From NCBI GenBank assembly GCA_012729505.1, contig JAAYDA010000046.1:15384-79383 (forward strand): 64,000 nucleotides of DNA. The letters are read 5' to 3'. The translations under genes and the position numbers were made by a program. The stretch is from Syntrophomonadaceae bacterium (lineage in GTDB: Bacteria > Bacillota > Syntrophomonadia > Syntrophomonadales > DTU052). Below, one piece after another: positions 35,408 through 42,744 of this stretch. Below the pieces are notes generated by a model that did no database searches, was not told where the DNA came from, and was given only the letters and a program-made list of their open reading frames with translations. The first letter of the stretch is position 1, and each line of letters opens with the position of its first letter.

Positions 35408-37348
35408 TTGAAAGACATAATGAGGGTATGGGAAGAATTGCACCAGTACGGCAGTTCTGAAGATGTAGTCATATCGGAAGATATACAGCAATCCTGGGAT
35501 CGCAGTGAGCAATTCGGGGTTGATCCCCATAAACGATTCTGTGATGTGACCCTAAGCCCTGATCAGCTTCAAGAAAAACGGGAGAAGAACAGTTCCTTGC
35601 TGGAACAGGGAGTAGAAGTAATCAATATGTTTTACCAGTACTTAGGGGACCCGGATTTTGTACTATTTCTTGAGGATCGGGATAATTACGTTCTCGCGCG
35701 AGTTGGAGGAGAGGAATCTGTCAAACTGGCTGACTATTCCATGCTGGTGGAAGGCTCCAAATGGTCTGAGGAAGTTATGGGCACCACTGTAAGCGCAATC
35801 GCTAAAATCTGTAAAGAACCGGTATTTTTCTACGGCTACGAGAACTATTGCCGGGTAGCTGCCGTGGCCAGCACTTCGGCTTCACCGATATTCGACGACA
35901 GAGGCAGGATAATAGGCATTCTTGGAGTTGCCGCACCTTATCACCTGGCCAGTCCGTATATACTGGGTATGGCCATAACGGCTGCGCGGGCTATTGAGCG
36001 TAAGATGGCTTTGCAGACGGCCTATCTTAGAAGCGAAGTAGCCAACCTCTATAAGACTACCATCATTGAATCAATGTCGGAAGGGGTACTGACTATGGAC
36101 TGCCGACACAGAATAACTCATCTCAACCTGATTGCGGCACGAAGTCTTGGAATTGACCGGGACAGCTCACTGGGCAAGAGAATTGAGGATGTCTTGCTCC
36201 CCGGCAACGACCCTTTCTTTGCCAAGATCTTCAGTAATAAGAGACTGACCGGGGAGACCCTGATAATCAAGCAAAGGAAGAGTGGTGTTAAACTGGCGGT
36301 AAGCTCTACTCCGCTTATCGGCGCAAACAGCAGCATATTGGGAACAGTGGTTATTCTTCAACCGATGAAGCAGTATAAACGGTTGATCGAAAGGATTTCC
36401 GGTGCCAGGGCCAATATTACCTTCAGCAATATCATCGGAAAGAGCGATTCATTCAAATATGCGCTAATGTGTGCTGAAATGGCTGCCAAGTCCGACTCCA
36501 ATGTTCTTTTGTTAGGCGAAAGCGGGGTGGGCAAGGATATGTTTGCCCAGGCGATCCATAATGCCAGCAAGCGTGCTCGGGAGCCATTTTTCGCCATTAA
36601 CTGCGCTGCCTTGCCCAGAGAGTTGATATCGAGTGAATTGTTCGGATATGAAGACGGGGCATTTACCGGTGCACGCAAAGGCGGAAATCCTGGAAAATTT
36701 GAACTGGCCGATCAGGGGACCATATTCCTGGATGAAATCGGTGAACTTCCTCTGGAACTGCAGGGGTCGCTCCTGCGGGTATTAGAAGAAGGCGCCGTAG
36801 TACGTCTGAGCGGAAGAGAGGTAATTCCGGTAAATGTCCGCATAATTGCTGCCAGCAACAAGAACCTGGTGGAAGAGGTTCAAAAGGGCAGCTTCCGGCT
36901 GGATTTGTATTACCGGCTGGGGGTTATGGACATCAAAATACCCGCTCTTCGAGATAGGATAGATGATATCCCGGAGTTGGTCACTCATTTCATAAAATCG
37001 GTCGGTCCCAGGCTGGGGAAAAAGATTGAGGAGGTTGACGAACGGGCTATGGATCTTCTTATGCGATACCATTGGCCGGGCAATGTAAGGGAACTTAATA
37101 ACGTAATTGAACGGGCCATTAACATTGCACCCGGCAAAATATTGTCAGTCAATCTTATAAACATGCCCAATAGCAGTAATGTGAATTCCCCTCGCATCGA
37201 CTTATCCCGAAACAAAGATGCTTTGGAAGCACAATTAATTAGAAGCTGTCTGCAAAAACATAACAATAACAGAAGCAAAGCTGCCGAAGAAATGGGCATC
37301 TCCCGGACCACATTATATCGGAAAATGGAAAGGTACCGCATCCAATAG
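35408..37348 (+). CDS. Sigma-54-dependent Fis-family transcriptional activator (AcoR-like GAF + PAS + AAA+ + HTH)
   Basis: 646 aa with Walker A GESGVGKD, GAFTGA, an ELFGYE region and a C-terminal Fis HTH (AAEEMGISRTTLYRKM). TTG start with a GGAGGT SD. Confidence 0.95.
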   Translation: MKDIMRVWEELHQYGSSEDVVISEDIQQSWDRSEQFGVDPHKRFCDVTLSPDQLQEKREKNSSLLEQGVEVINMFYQYLGDPDFVLFLEDRDNYVLARVGGEESVKLADYSMLVEGSKWSEEVMGTTVSAIAKICKEPVFFYGYENYCRVAAVASTSASPIFDDRGRIIGILGVAAPYHLASPYILGMAITAARAIERKMALQTAYLRSEVANLYKTTIIESMSEGVLTMDCRHRITHLNLIAARSLGIDRDSSLGKRIEDVLLPGNDPFFAKIFSNKRLTGETLIIKQRKSGVKLAVSSTPLIGANSSILGTVVILQPMKQYKRLIERISGARANITFSNIIGKSDSFKYALMCAEMAAKSDSNVLLLGESGVGKDMFAQAIHNASKRAREPFFAINCAALPRELISSELFGYEDGAFTGARKGGNPGKFELADQGTIFLDEIGELPLELQGSLLRVLEEGAVVRLSGREVIPVNVRIIAASNKNLVEEVQKGSFRLDLYYRLGVMDIKIPALRDRIDDIPELVTHFIKSVGPRLGKKIEEVDERAMDLLMRYHWPGNVRELNNVIERAINIAPGKILSVNLINMPNSSNVNSPRIDLSRNKDALEAQLIRSCLQKHNNNRSKAAEEMGISRTTLYRKMERYRIQ

Positions 37349-37549
37349 AAGAGCAGGAAGGGTACAGGCATGGAGGGATCAAATGAATAGTGGAAGCCGA
37401 TACCAGCCATAGTCTCTTTTATAAAAAAGCAGTCGTTACATGTTCATTATTCTTGCCATAAACTTCTTCCTGGGCTGGTGGGGACTGGTTTGGATGATCC
37501 TCCCGATCCCAACACCTGGCCCTTTCCAAGTTCAAGCCTACAGAGTCTA

Positions 37550-37577
37550 CATATTCAAGCCCCCCGCAACATATATT
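37550..37577 (+). promoter_or_regulatory. Possible sigma-E-type promoter for yabP-yabQ (CATATT-14-CATATATT)
   Basis: CATATT at 37550-37555, a 14-nt spacer, CATATATT at 37570-37577. This resembles the Bacillus sigE consensus, and yabPQ are sigE genes in Bacillus subtilis. Confidence 0.35.
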
Positions 37578-37674
37578 TGTTTAGCAGCATGGTCAGCTGA
37601 GAAGATACCTGGCGCAGCGCCCATGGGGTAGGATGCCCGATTGCGCCGGGAGTGAAGTGAAAAGGAGGGGAACT

Positions 37675-37944
37675 ATGCAAACTCATAACCTGGTCCTCAC
37701 TAATCGAGAGTTTTTAGAGGTATCTGGTGTAACCTATGTAAGCAGTTTCGATGATCGGGAGGTGGTTCTGGATACTGGCCAGGGATCTCTGCATGTGATC
37801 GGAGAGGATCTCAACATCAGCCAGCTTAGCCTTGACCAAGGCAATGTAGTGATTCAGGGCAAAATCATGTGTATGGAATATAAGGCAACCGCCAAGAGTA
37901 TGAAAGGCAAGGGTAAGAGTCTGGTAAATAGGATTTTAAAATAG
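37675..37944 (+). CDS. yabP: Sporulation protein YabP
   Basis: 89 aa from ATG 37675 (AAAGGAGGGG SD). Sequence HNLVLTNREFLEVSGVTYVSSFDDREVVLDT. Confidence 0.9.
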   Translation: MQTHNLVLTNREFLEVSGVTYVSSFDDREVVLDTGQGSLHVIGEDLNISQLSLDQGNVVIQGKIMCMEYKATAKSMKGKGKSLVNRILK

Positions 37945-37953
37945 TGGAGGCCT

Positions 37954-38361
37954 ATGGTGATTGTATGGTGGGAGCAGGCTCAACAATTTTTGCTTACAGT
38001 GGCTATGGGGCTCTTTTTAGCACCCGTTTTTCATTTCCATCAAAAAAATGTTAACAGCTTTCCAATCAAAGGAATCTGGTTACGGATTCTGGACCTGGCC
38101 ATTTGGCTGGCGGCTATTCCCCTGGTTTTTTGGGTACTGCTTCGTACCAACCAAGGAGAAATCCGCTTTTTTCTGTTTCTGGGCCTTCTGACCGGTGCCG
38201 GGCTGTATTTTGCTTTTATTGCCTCCCGATCCAATTATTATCTGGAGAGTATGTCGTATCAGATTGGCAAGGTGGTGCGCAAAACAGGGTTGTTTCTATC
38301 TGTGCCCCGGCGCTGGGTAACTAACCGGTTTTCTCCTCCGACTCCTCCCCCCGGAGAATAA
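37954..38361 (+). CDS. yabQ: Spore cortex biosynthesis protein YabQ
   Basis: 135 aa, a multi-TM protein immediately after yabP. Confidence 0.85.
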   Translation: MVIVWWEQAQQFLLTVAMGLFLAPVFHFHQKNVNSFPIKGIWLRILDLAIWLAAIPLVFWVLLRTNQGEIRFFLFLGLLTGAGLYFAFIASRSNYYLESMSYQIGKVVRKTGLFLSVPRRWVTNRFSPPTPPPGE

Positions 38362-38411
38362 GATATTTGGCTCCCTGCTTGCCTCAAATGCTACAGCCAA
38401 AAAAGTTCCTT

Positions 38412-38441
38412 TTGACATTTCAATCCCATTGGATATACAAT
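38412..38441 (+). promoter_or_regulatory. SigA-type promoter (TTGACA-16-TATACAAT)
   Basis: TTGACA at 38412-38417 and TATACAAT at 38434-38441. Confidence 0.55.
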
Positions 38442-38454
38442 ATTTATACACAAT

Positions 38455-38486
38455 TTGTGGATATTTTGTGGATATGTTGTGGAGAG
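38455..38486 (+). repeat. Three tandem 11-bp repeats (TTGTGGATAT x2, TTGTGGAGAG), the last containing the SD
   Basis: Units start at 38455, 38466 and 38477. They lie between the promoter and ATG 38492. Confidence 0.8.
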
Positions 38487-38491
38487 CCTGA

Positions 38492-38722
38492 ATGAAAATA
38501 GAAATTCGCGGAGCTGAAAAGCTTAGCTTTCGGGAGCGTCAGGTGGTGGTCTTAAAAGAAATGGGACGCCGTAATGATGAGATTGCCAAAACTCTTAAAA
38601 TCACCAGCAGCACTGTAGCTACCCTCCTGAACCGAGCCCGATCCAAAGGCTATGAAGTGGTAATAATAATTCCTGGACAGGCTCTGGGCGTTTTTGAGGA
38701 GGATGATGATGACCAGGAATAA
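38492..38722 (+). CDS. Small LuxR/GerE-type HTH protein
   Basis: 76 aa with LSFRERQVVVLKEMGRRNDEIAKTLKITSSTVATLLNRARSKG (a region-4-like HTH) and an acidic tail. Confidence 0.75.
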   Translation: MKIEIRGAEKLSFRERQVVVLKEMGRRNDEIAKTLKITSSTVATLLNRARSKGYEVVIIIPGQALGVFEEDDDDQE

Positions 38723-39011
38723 ATCCCGGCCGCACCCATCCAGAATCAGGTTTGGCATAAGATGGTTACTGCTTTTTGTAGTAGTCTGCAGCGTCTGTTA
38801 TGGACCACAAGTTGTTACTATCTGGGAAATGAAGCAGGAACTTAAGGCCATGAATCAAGAAAAAGAGCAGTTGACAGAAGAGAACCTCCGTTTTCAAGCC
38901 CGAACGCAAGAGATGCAATCTGATGAGATGCTGGAAAAATTAGCTCGTGAAGAACTAGGCATGATTAAGCCCGGAGAAAAGGTGCTGGTTAAAGTAGTTC
39001 CCCAGGATTAG
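38709..39011 (+). CDS. divIC: Septum formation initiator (DivIC/FtsB family)
   Basis: One TM helix plus a coiled coil, ending ...LEKLAREELGMIKPGEKV. Start chosen at ATG 38709 (GAGGAGG 7 nt upstream); ORF track starts at 38694. Confidence 0.85.
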   Translation: MTRNKSRPHPSRIRFGIRWLLLFVVVCSVCYGPQVVTIWEMKQELKAMNQEKEQLTEENLRFQARTQEMQSDEMLEKLAREELGMIKPGEKVLVKVVPQD

Positions 39012-39013
39012 AA

Positions 39014-39043
39014 TTGACATTACCCATCATTGTTCTATACAAT
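39014..39043 (+). promoter_or_regulatory. SigA-type promoter (TTGACA-16-TATACAAT) upstream of yabR
   Basis: TTGACA at 39014-39019 and TATACAAT at 39036-39043. The ORF-track TTG start at 39014 is this -35 box. Confidence 0.5.
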
Positions 39044-39088
39044 GGAGGTGTAAGATTATGTACATTTTTGGGGAGGCCATCTTTTCTC

Positions 39089-39478
39089 ATGCCAACAGAG
39101 CAAAAACTTAATCTGCCCGGGCAGATTATAGAGGGGACTGTACAGGGGACTACTAAATTTGGTGCTTTTATTCAGTTGGAAAATGGTACTGTAGGCTTAG
39201 TACACATCTCAGAAATAGCAGATACTTATGTTCGGGATGTTAATGACTACTTACAGGCTGGAGATCGGGTCCGGGTTAAAATCCTGAATGTCAGTGAGGG
39301 CAAGGTGGGTTTATCCATAAAACAGGCGCGGGAGCGGGAACGTCCCAAGAAGGTGGATAAAGGAAATTTAGATGACAAACTAAATCGTTTTTTTAAGGAA
39401 AGCGATGAACGGCTCCAATCACTAAAGCTGACCAAAGAAACGAAGAGAAGAAATAAGAGTTATTCAGACACTCCTTAA
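39089..39478 (+). CDS. yabR: S1 RNA-binding domain protein YabR
   Basis: S1 domain GQIIEGTVQGTTKFGAFIQLENGTVGLVHISEIADTYV, aligning with Bacillus YabR from about ATG 39089. Confidence 0.85.
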   Translation: MPTEQKLNLPGQIIEGTVQGTTKFGAFIQLENGTVGLVHISEIADTYVRDVNDYLQAGDRVRVKILNVSEGKVGLSIKQARERERPKKVDKGNLDDKLNRFFKESDERLQSLKLTKETKRRNKSYSDTP

Positions 39479-39494
39479 ATCAGAGTGTCTTTTT
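39466..39494 (+). terminator. Rho-independent terminator of yabR
   Basis: AGACACTC-N9-GAGTGTCT followed by TTTT. Confidence 0.75.
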
Positions 39495-39579
39495 CATGAG
39501 TAACCAGCCGACATCGAGGGGTACTGCGCTTCAGTCTCGCTTAGTATGTTTTGCTGGTTTTTTTTCGCAGGAGGGATTT

Positions 39580-40470
39580 ATGAAGTTTGCGGTAAGTGAC
39601 GTGGGAACCAATTCCTGTCGTCTGCTGGTGGCTGAAGTTAAAGATCGAAGCATGAATATTCTCGAAAAAAAAGTGGTGAGCACCCGGATCGGGGAAGGGC
39701 TGGAGAATAGCGGATGGATTAATCCCAATGCTATCAGCCGCACCTTATTGTGCCTCAGCCAATTTGGACAAGATATCAGGAAATTTCAGGTTGATGGAAG
39801 CAGAGTGGTGGCAACCAGTGCCCTGCGAGATGCGGCTAACCGTGAAGATTTCCTGCATTTAGCGGAGAAAACCATCGGGATATCCGTTGAGGTTCTTTCC
39901 GGAGAGAAGGAAGGACAGCTTAGTTATCTGGGGGCAAAAGGTGCCCTGGATTTAAAAAGGAACCCGCTGGTGTTAGATATAGGAGGGGGCAGCACCGAAT
40001 TAATCTATCAAGCTGGTGATATTAAGTCCTTAAGCATTCCTGTCGGTGCCGTAAGAGGGCTGGAAGCCGGATGGAATGAAGAAGATATAAGGGCAAAATT
40101 GATCAACCTCATACCGATGCAGGTGCAATTGCGTAAGATGCCCTTGGTATTGGTAGGCGGCACAGCTACATCCCTGGTCACAATAAATAAGATTATGAAG
40201 GAATATGATTATCAGCAGGTACATGGTGAAAGGCTGACCCTGCGAGAGATTAATCGGATTTACCATGAGCTTGACCAAATGACAGTGGAAGAGAGACGGC
40301 AGGTCCCAGGATTGCAGCCTGAGCGAGCGGATATCATAGTCAAAGGCATTATGATAATCAAGTGTTTAATGGAGCTCCTGAACAGGAGGCAGGCTGTCGT
40401 AAGCGACAGTGACCTTCTGGAAGGGGTGATCATGGAATTAAATCAGGCCAACCAAGGGGAAAAGCTGTAA
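39580..40470 (+). CDS. Ppx/GppA-family phosphatase
   Basis: About 296 aa from ATG 39580 (AGGAGGG SD). Sequence FAVSDVGTNSCRLLVAEV ... LDIGGGSTEL. Confidence 0.85.
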   Translation: MKFAVSDVGTNSCRLLVAEVKDRSMNILEKKVVSTRIGEGLENSGWINPNAISRTLLCLSQFGQDIRKFQVDGSRVVATSALRDAANREDFLHLAEKTIGISVEVLSGEKEGQLSYLGAKGALDLKRNPLVLDIGGGSTELIYQAGDIKSLSIPVGAVRGLEAGWNEEDIRAKLINLIPMQVQLRKMPLVLVGGTATSLVTINKIMKEYDYQQVHGERLTLREINRIYHELDQMTVEERRQVPGLQPERADIIVKGIMIIKCLMELLNRRQAVVSDSDLLEGVIMELNQANQGEKL

Positions 40471-40515
40471 AAAGGAGCTTTCTCCTTAATTGGCCTGAAT
40501 TCAGGGCGTTTAAGG

Positions 40516-41127
40516 TTATTCGAAGAAGACTACTTCACCGGAACTTAGCAAATACTTGGCACCCACCAGAGCTACTTCACCTTTGTCTATCTTCTCCTTG
40601 ATTACCGGACTTGTTCTTAAATCACTCAGAGTCGCTCCCACATTGACATCTGCTGCCATTTCACATAATTCCTTGCCGGCTATTCCCATGGATTGAACCT
40701 TTTGCACAGAGGGAGCTATCATCGCGGTGATGGCACCAATACTTCCGGGAGGGTCGCCGCCTTCAACGGTGGCTATAACCGCGCCGCAGTTTTCATGGCC
40801 CAAAACAACCACCAAGGGAGTATGCAGGTGGTCTACGGCGTATTCGACACTTCCCATTGACACATCATCCAAAACATTACCAGCGGTTCTGATGACAAAA
40901 ATATCCCCCAGCGCTTGATCAAATAAAATCTCAGGAGGTACCCGGGAGTCTGAACACGTTAATACTGCCGCGAAAGGGAATTGCCCTTCTTTAAGCAGTG
41001 TCATCCTGCGGTTAGAGCTCAGGTCTTTGGCACCATAATTCTCGTTGACAAAACGATGATTCCCATCGACCAATTTTTGTTTGGCCTGGTCAGGCGAAAC
41101 CAGGTTTTTTGCATGATTATGACTCAA
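40516..41127 (-). CDS. Beta-class carbonic anhydrase
   Basis: 203 aa with CSDSRVPPE, FVIRTAGN and GHENCGAV zinc-ligand motifs. Confidence 0.9.
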   Translation of the reverse strand: MSHNHAKNLVSPDQAKQKLVDGNHRFVNENYGAKDLSSNRRMTLLKEGQFPFAAVLTCSDSRVPPEILFDQALGDIFVIRTAGNVLDDVSMGSVEYAVDHLHTPLVVVLGHENCGAVIATVEGGDPPGSIGAITAMIAPSVQKVQSMGIAGKELCEMAADVNVGATLSDLRTSPVIKEKIDKGEVALVGAKYLLSSGEVVFFE

Positions 41128-41330
41128 ATACTACACCTCCATCCTAACGTATTATATCCACATAATTATTCTGAACTAACACCTTGTTTACCTTCCTGCT
41201 ATAATAGGAACAGTGTCTGGGAAAAAACTAAGCAGAGAAAAAAGCAGGAATTTCACTTACTCAGTCGAATCCAAATCTGGAATGATTAATGGTATGTCGG
41301 CCAAAAAAAATATAGGATTGTGCAAATATT

Positions 41331-41346
41331 TGTAAATAGTTTCACA
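41331..41346. promoter_or_regulatory. CRP/FNR-family-type palindrome TGTAA-N6-TCACA
   Basis: TGTAAATAGTTTCACA, about 245 nt upstream of the FNT gene. Confidence 0.3.
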
Positions 41347-41576
41347 ATTAAGAAACCGGGTGAAGCCAACGGAAATTAAACTTGTTACCCCGGCAAATAC
41401 AGCCGAGTAGACGGATTCACTTAATAAACTATTATGAAGTGACTTGAAAATCTGGAGAGACCCGAACGGGAAATCAGAGATTCATGACTTCGCAGCGGGA
41501 GGTGATAATACTGCTGGCATATTAGGGCTAAGACCAAAATAACAATCAAGTCGTTTTGAAAGGAGAGTCTACAAAA

Positions 41577-42440
41577 ATGAATTTCTTTACTCCGGCACAA
41601 GTAGCAGCCAATGCCTGTAGCGCCGGGAAAACTAAGGCTGAAATGGGGCTCCTCCCCATGATTATCCTGGGAATCCTGGCCGGAGTCTTTATTGGTTTCG
41701 GGGCCAACCTGGCCACTGTTGTAGGGGCAGACGGCGGCAGTAAATTTCTATTTGGAGCAGTCTTCTCGATTGGTCTGATGTTAGTCGTTATTGGTGGAGC
41801 GGAGTTATTTACCGGTAACAATATGTTCCTGGCTATATGTGCTTTGAATGGACAAACAAGCTGGGGGTCCGTTCTGTACAATTGGACAATAGTATTTTTC
41901 ACGAACTTTGCCGGTTCACTTCTTCTGGTCTATATTATTTTTTGGGGCATGTACTGGATTGGACCTGCAGCAGATGGAGCCGGTTTGGCCCTGACTGCTC
42001 ACGGTGCTAAAGCAGCCGCCATTGCTCAAGGCAAGCTGTCTTTAACCTGGTCATCCGCCTTCTTCCGGGGAATCTGCTGTAACTGGCTGGTTTGTATGGC
42101 TGTTTGGCTGGCATTAACTGCGAAGGATACTATAGGCAAGATATTTGCTATATTCTTCCCCATCATGGGCTTCGTTACCAGCGGATTTGAGCATTCGGTT
42201 GCCAACATGTTCTTTATTCCTATGGGTATCACCATAGTGAACAAGGTCCCGGGATTAGCAGCGGCAGCTGGATTTGATCCTGCTTTGTTTACCTATGGCA
42301 ACTTTATTATGAACAATCTTATCCCTGTCACACTGGGGAACATCGTAGGAGGCGCCTTCTTTGTGGCCTTCCTGTATTATATGGTATATTTGAGACCGGC
42401 GAAAATCGCGGCTCAAAAGAATGCCGGAGTTAGCGCTTAG
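41577..42440 (+). CDS. Formate/nitrite transporter family channel (FocA/NirC-like)
   Basis: About 287 aa from ATG 41577 (AGGAG SD). FNT motifs (GAELFTGN, FEHSVANMF). Confidence 0.9.
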   Translation: MNFFTPAQVAANACSAGKTKAEMGLLPMIILGILAGVFIGFGANLATVVGADGGSKFLFGAVFSIGLMLVVIGGAELFTGNNMFLAICALNGQTSWGSVLYNWTIVFFTNFAGSLLLVYIIFWGMYWIGPAADGAGLALTAHGAKAAAIAQGKLSLTWSSAFFRGICCNWLVCMAVWLALTAKDTIGKIFAIFFPIMGFVTSGFEHSVANMFFIPMGITIVNKVPGLAAAAGFDPALFTYGNFIMNNLIPVTLGNIVGGAFFVAFLYYMVYLRPAKIAAQKNAGVSA

Positions 42441-42496
42441 AGATATACGATTACGGAGTGATGTCCAAGCTTTAGGATCATTATAAACCGACTGAG

Positions 42497-42535
42497 AGGG
42501 GCTGGTCTGACATAGACACAGCCCCTTGATTTTTG
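42497..42535 (+). terminator. Rho-independent terminator
   Basis: AGGGGCTG-N14-CAGCCCCT followed by TGATTTTT. Confidence 0.8.
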
Positions 42536-42744
42536 CTCTCGTCCCTGATCTGAGCTGATGACTCCGGCTGCGGGCTAATAGCAGAAAGCCCTTCCCGCGA
42601 CTGCAGATATTGTCAAAAGAAAAAATCCGGCCGGCCTGATAAATGACAAAAATTGACTATTGCTTAGCGGTATAATAAACCCGATAGTCGCGGTCAAAGG
42701 GGGCGTTTGTTCTGGACAGGCCTGAGATTTACCCTTTCCAACGC

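Noticed and set aside
37440-37631. 63-aa ORF in the EBP-yabP spacer
   Set aside because: It has no SD and odd W/P-rich composition, and it overlaps the putative sigE promoter of yabP.
39014-39088. ORF-track start of yabR at TTG 39014
   Set aside because: That TTG is the first half of a TTGACA -35 box. The added 25 residues are not YabR-like, and Bacillus YabR aligns from the internal Met.
39058-39111. 17-codon uORF (MYIFGEAIFSHANRAKT) with GGAGG 9 nt upstream, overlapping the yabR start
   Set aside because: If the TTGACA-16-TATACAAT promoter at 39014 is used, the SD falls at or upstream of the TSS. I have no evidence of conservation. It is kept only as a note, because it could matter in read-through transcripts from divIC.
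41350-41560. ZTP (pfl) riboswitch upstream of the formate channel
   Set aside because: The context is suggestive, but I could not find the conserved 3' CCGCCTGGGC-like pseudoknot element or the GGGTCGTGA-type 5' core.
42651-42676. TTGACT ... TATAAT as the spoIIE promoter, and Spo0A boxes nearby
   Set aside because: The spacer is only 12 nt. The alternative TGACAA-21-TATAAT and the TGTCAAA 0A-like box at 42611-42617 are too weak to call without data.
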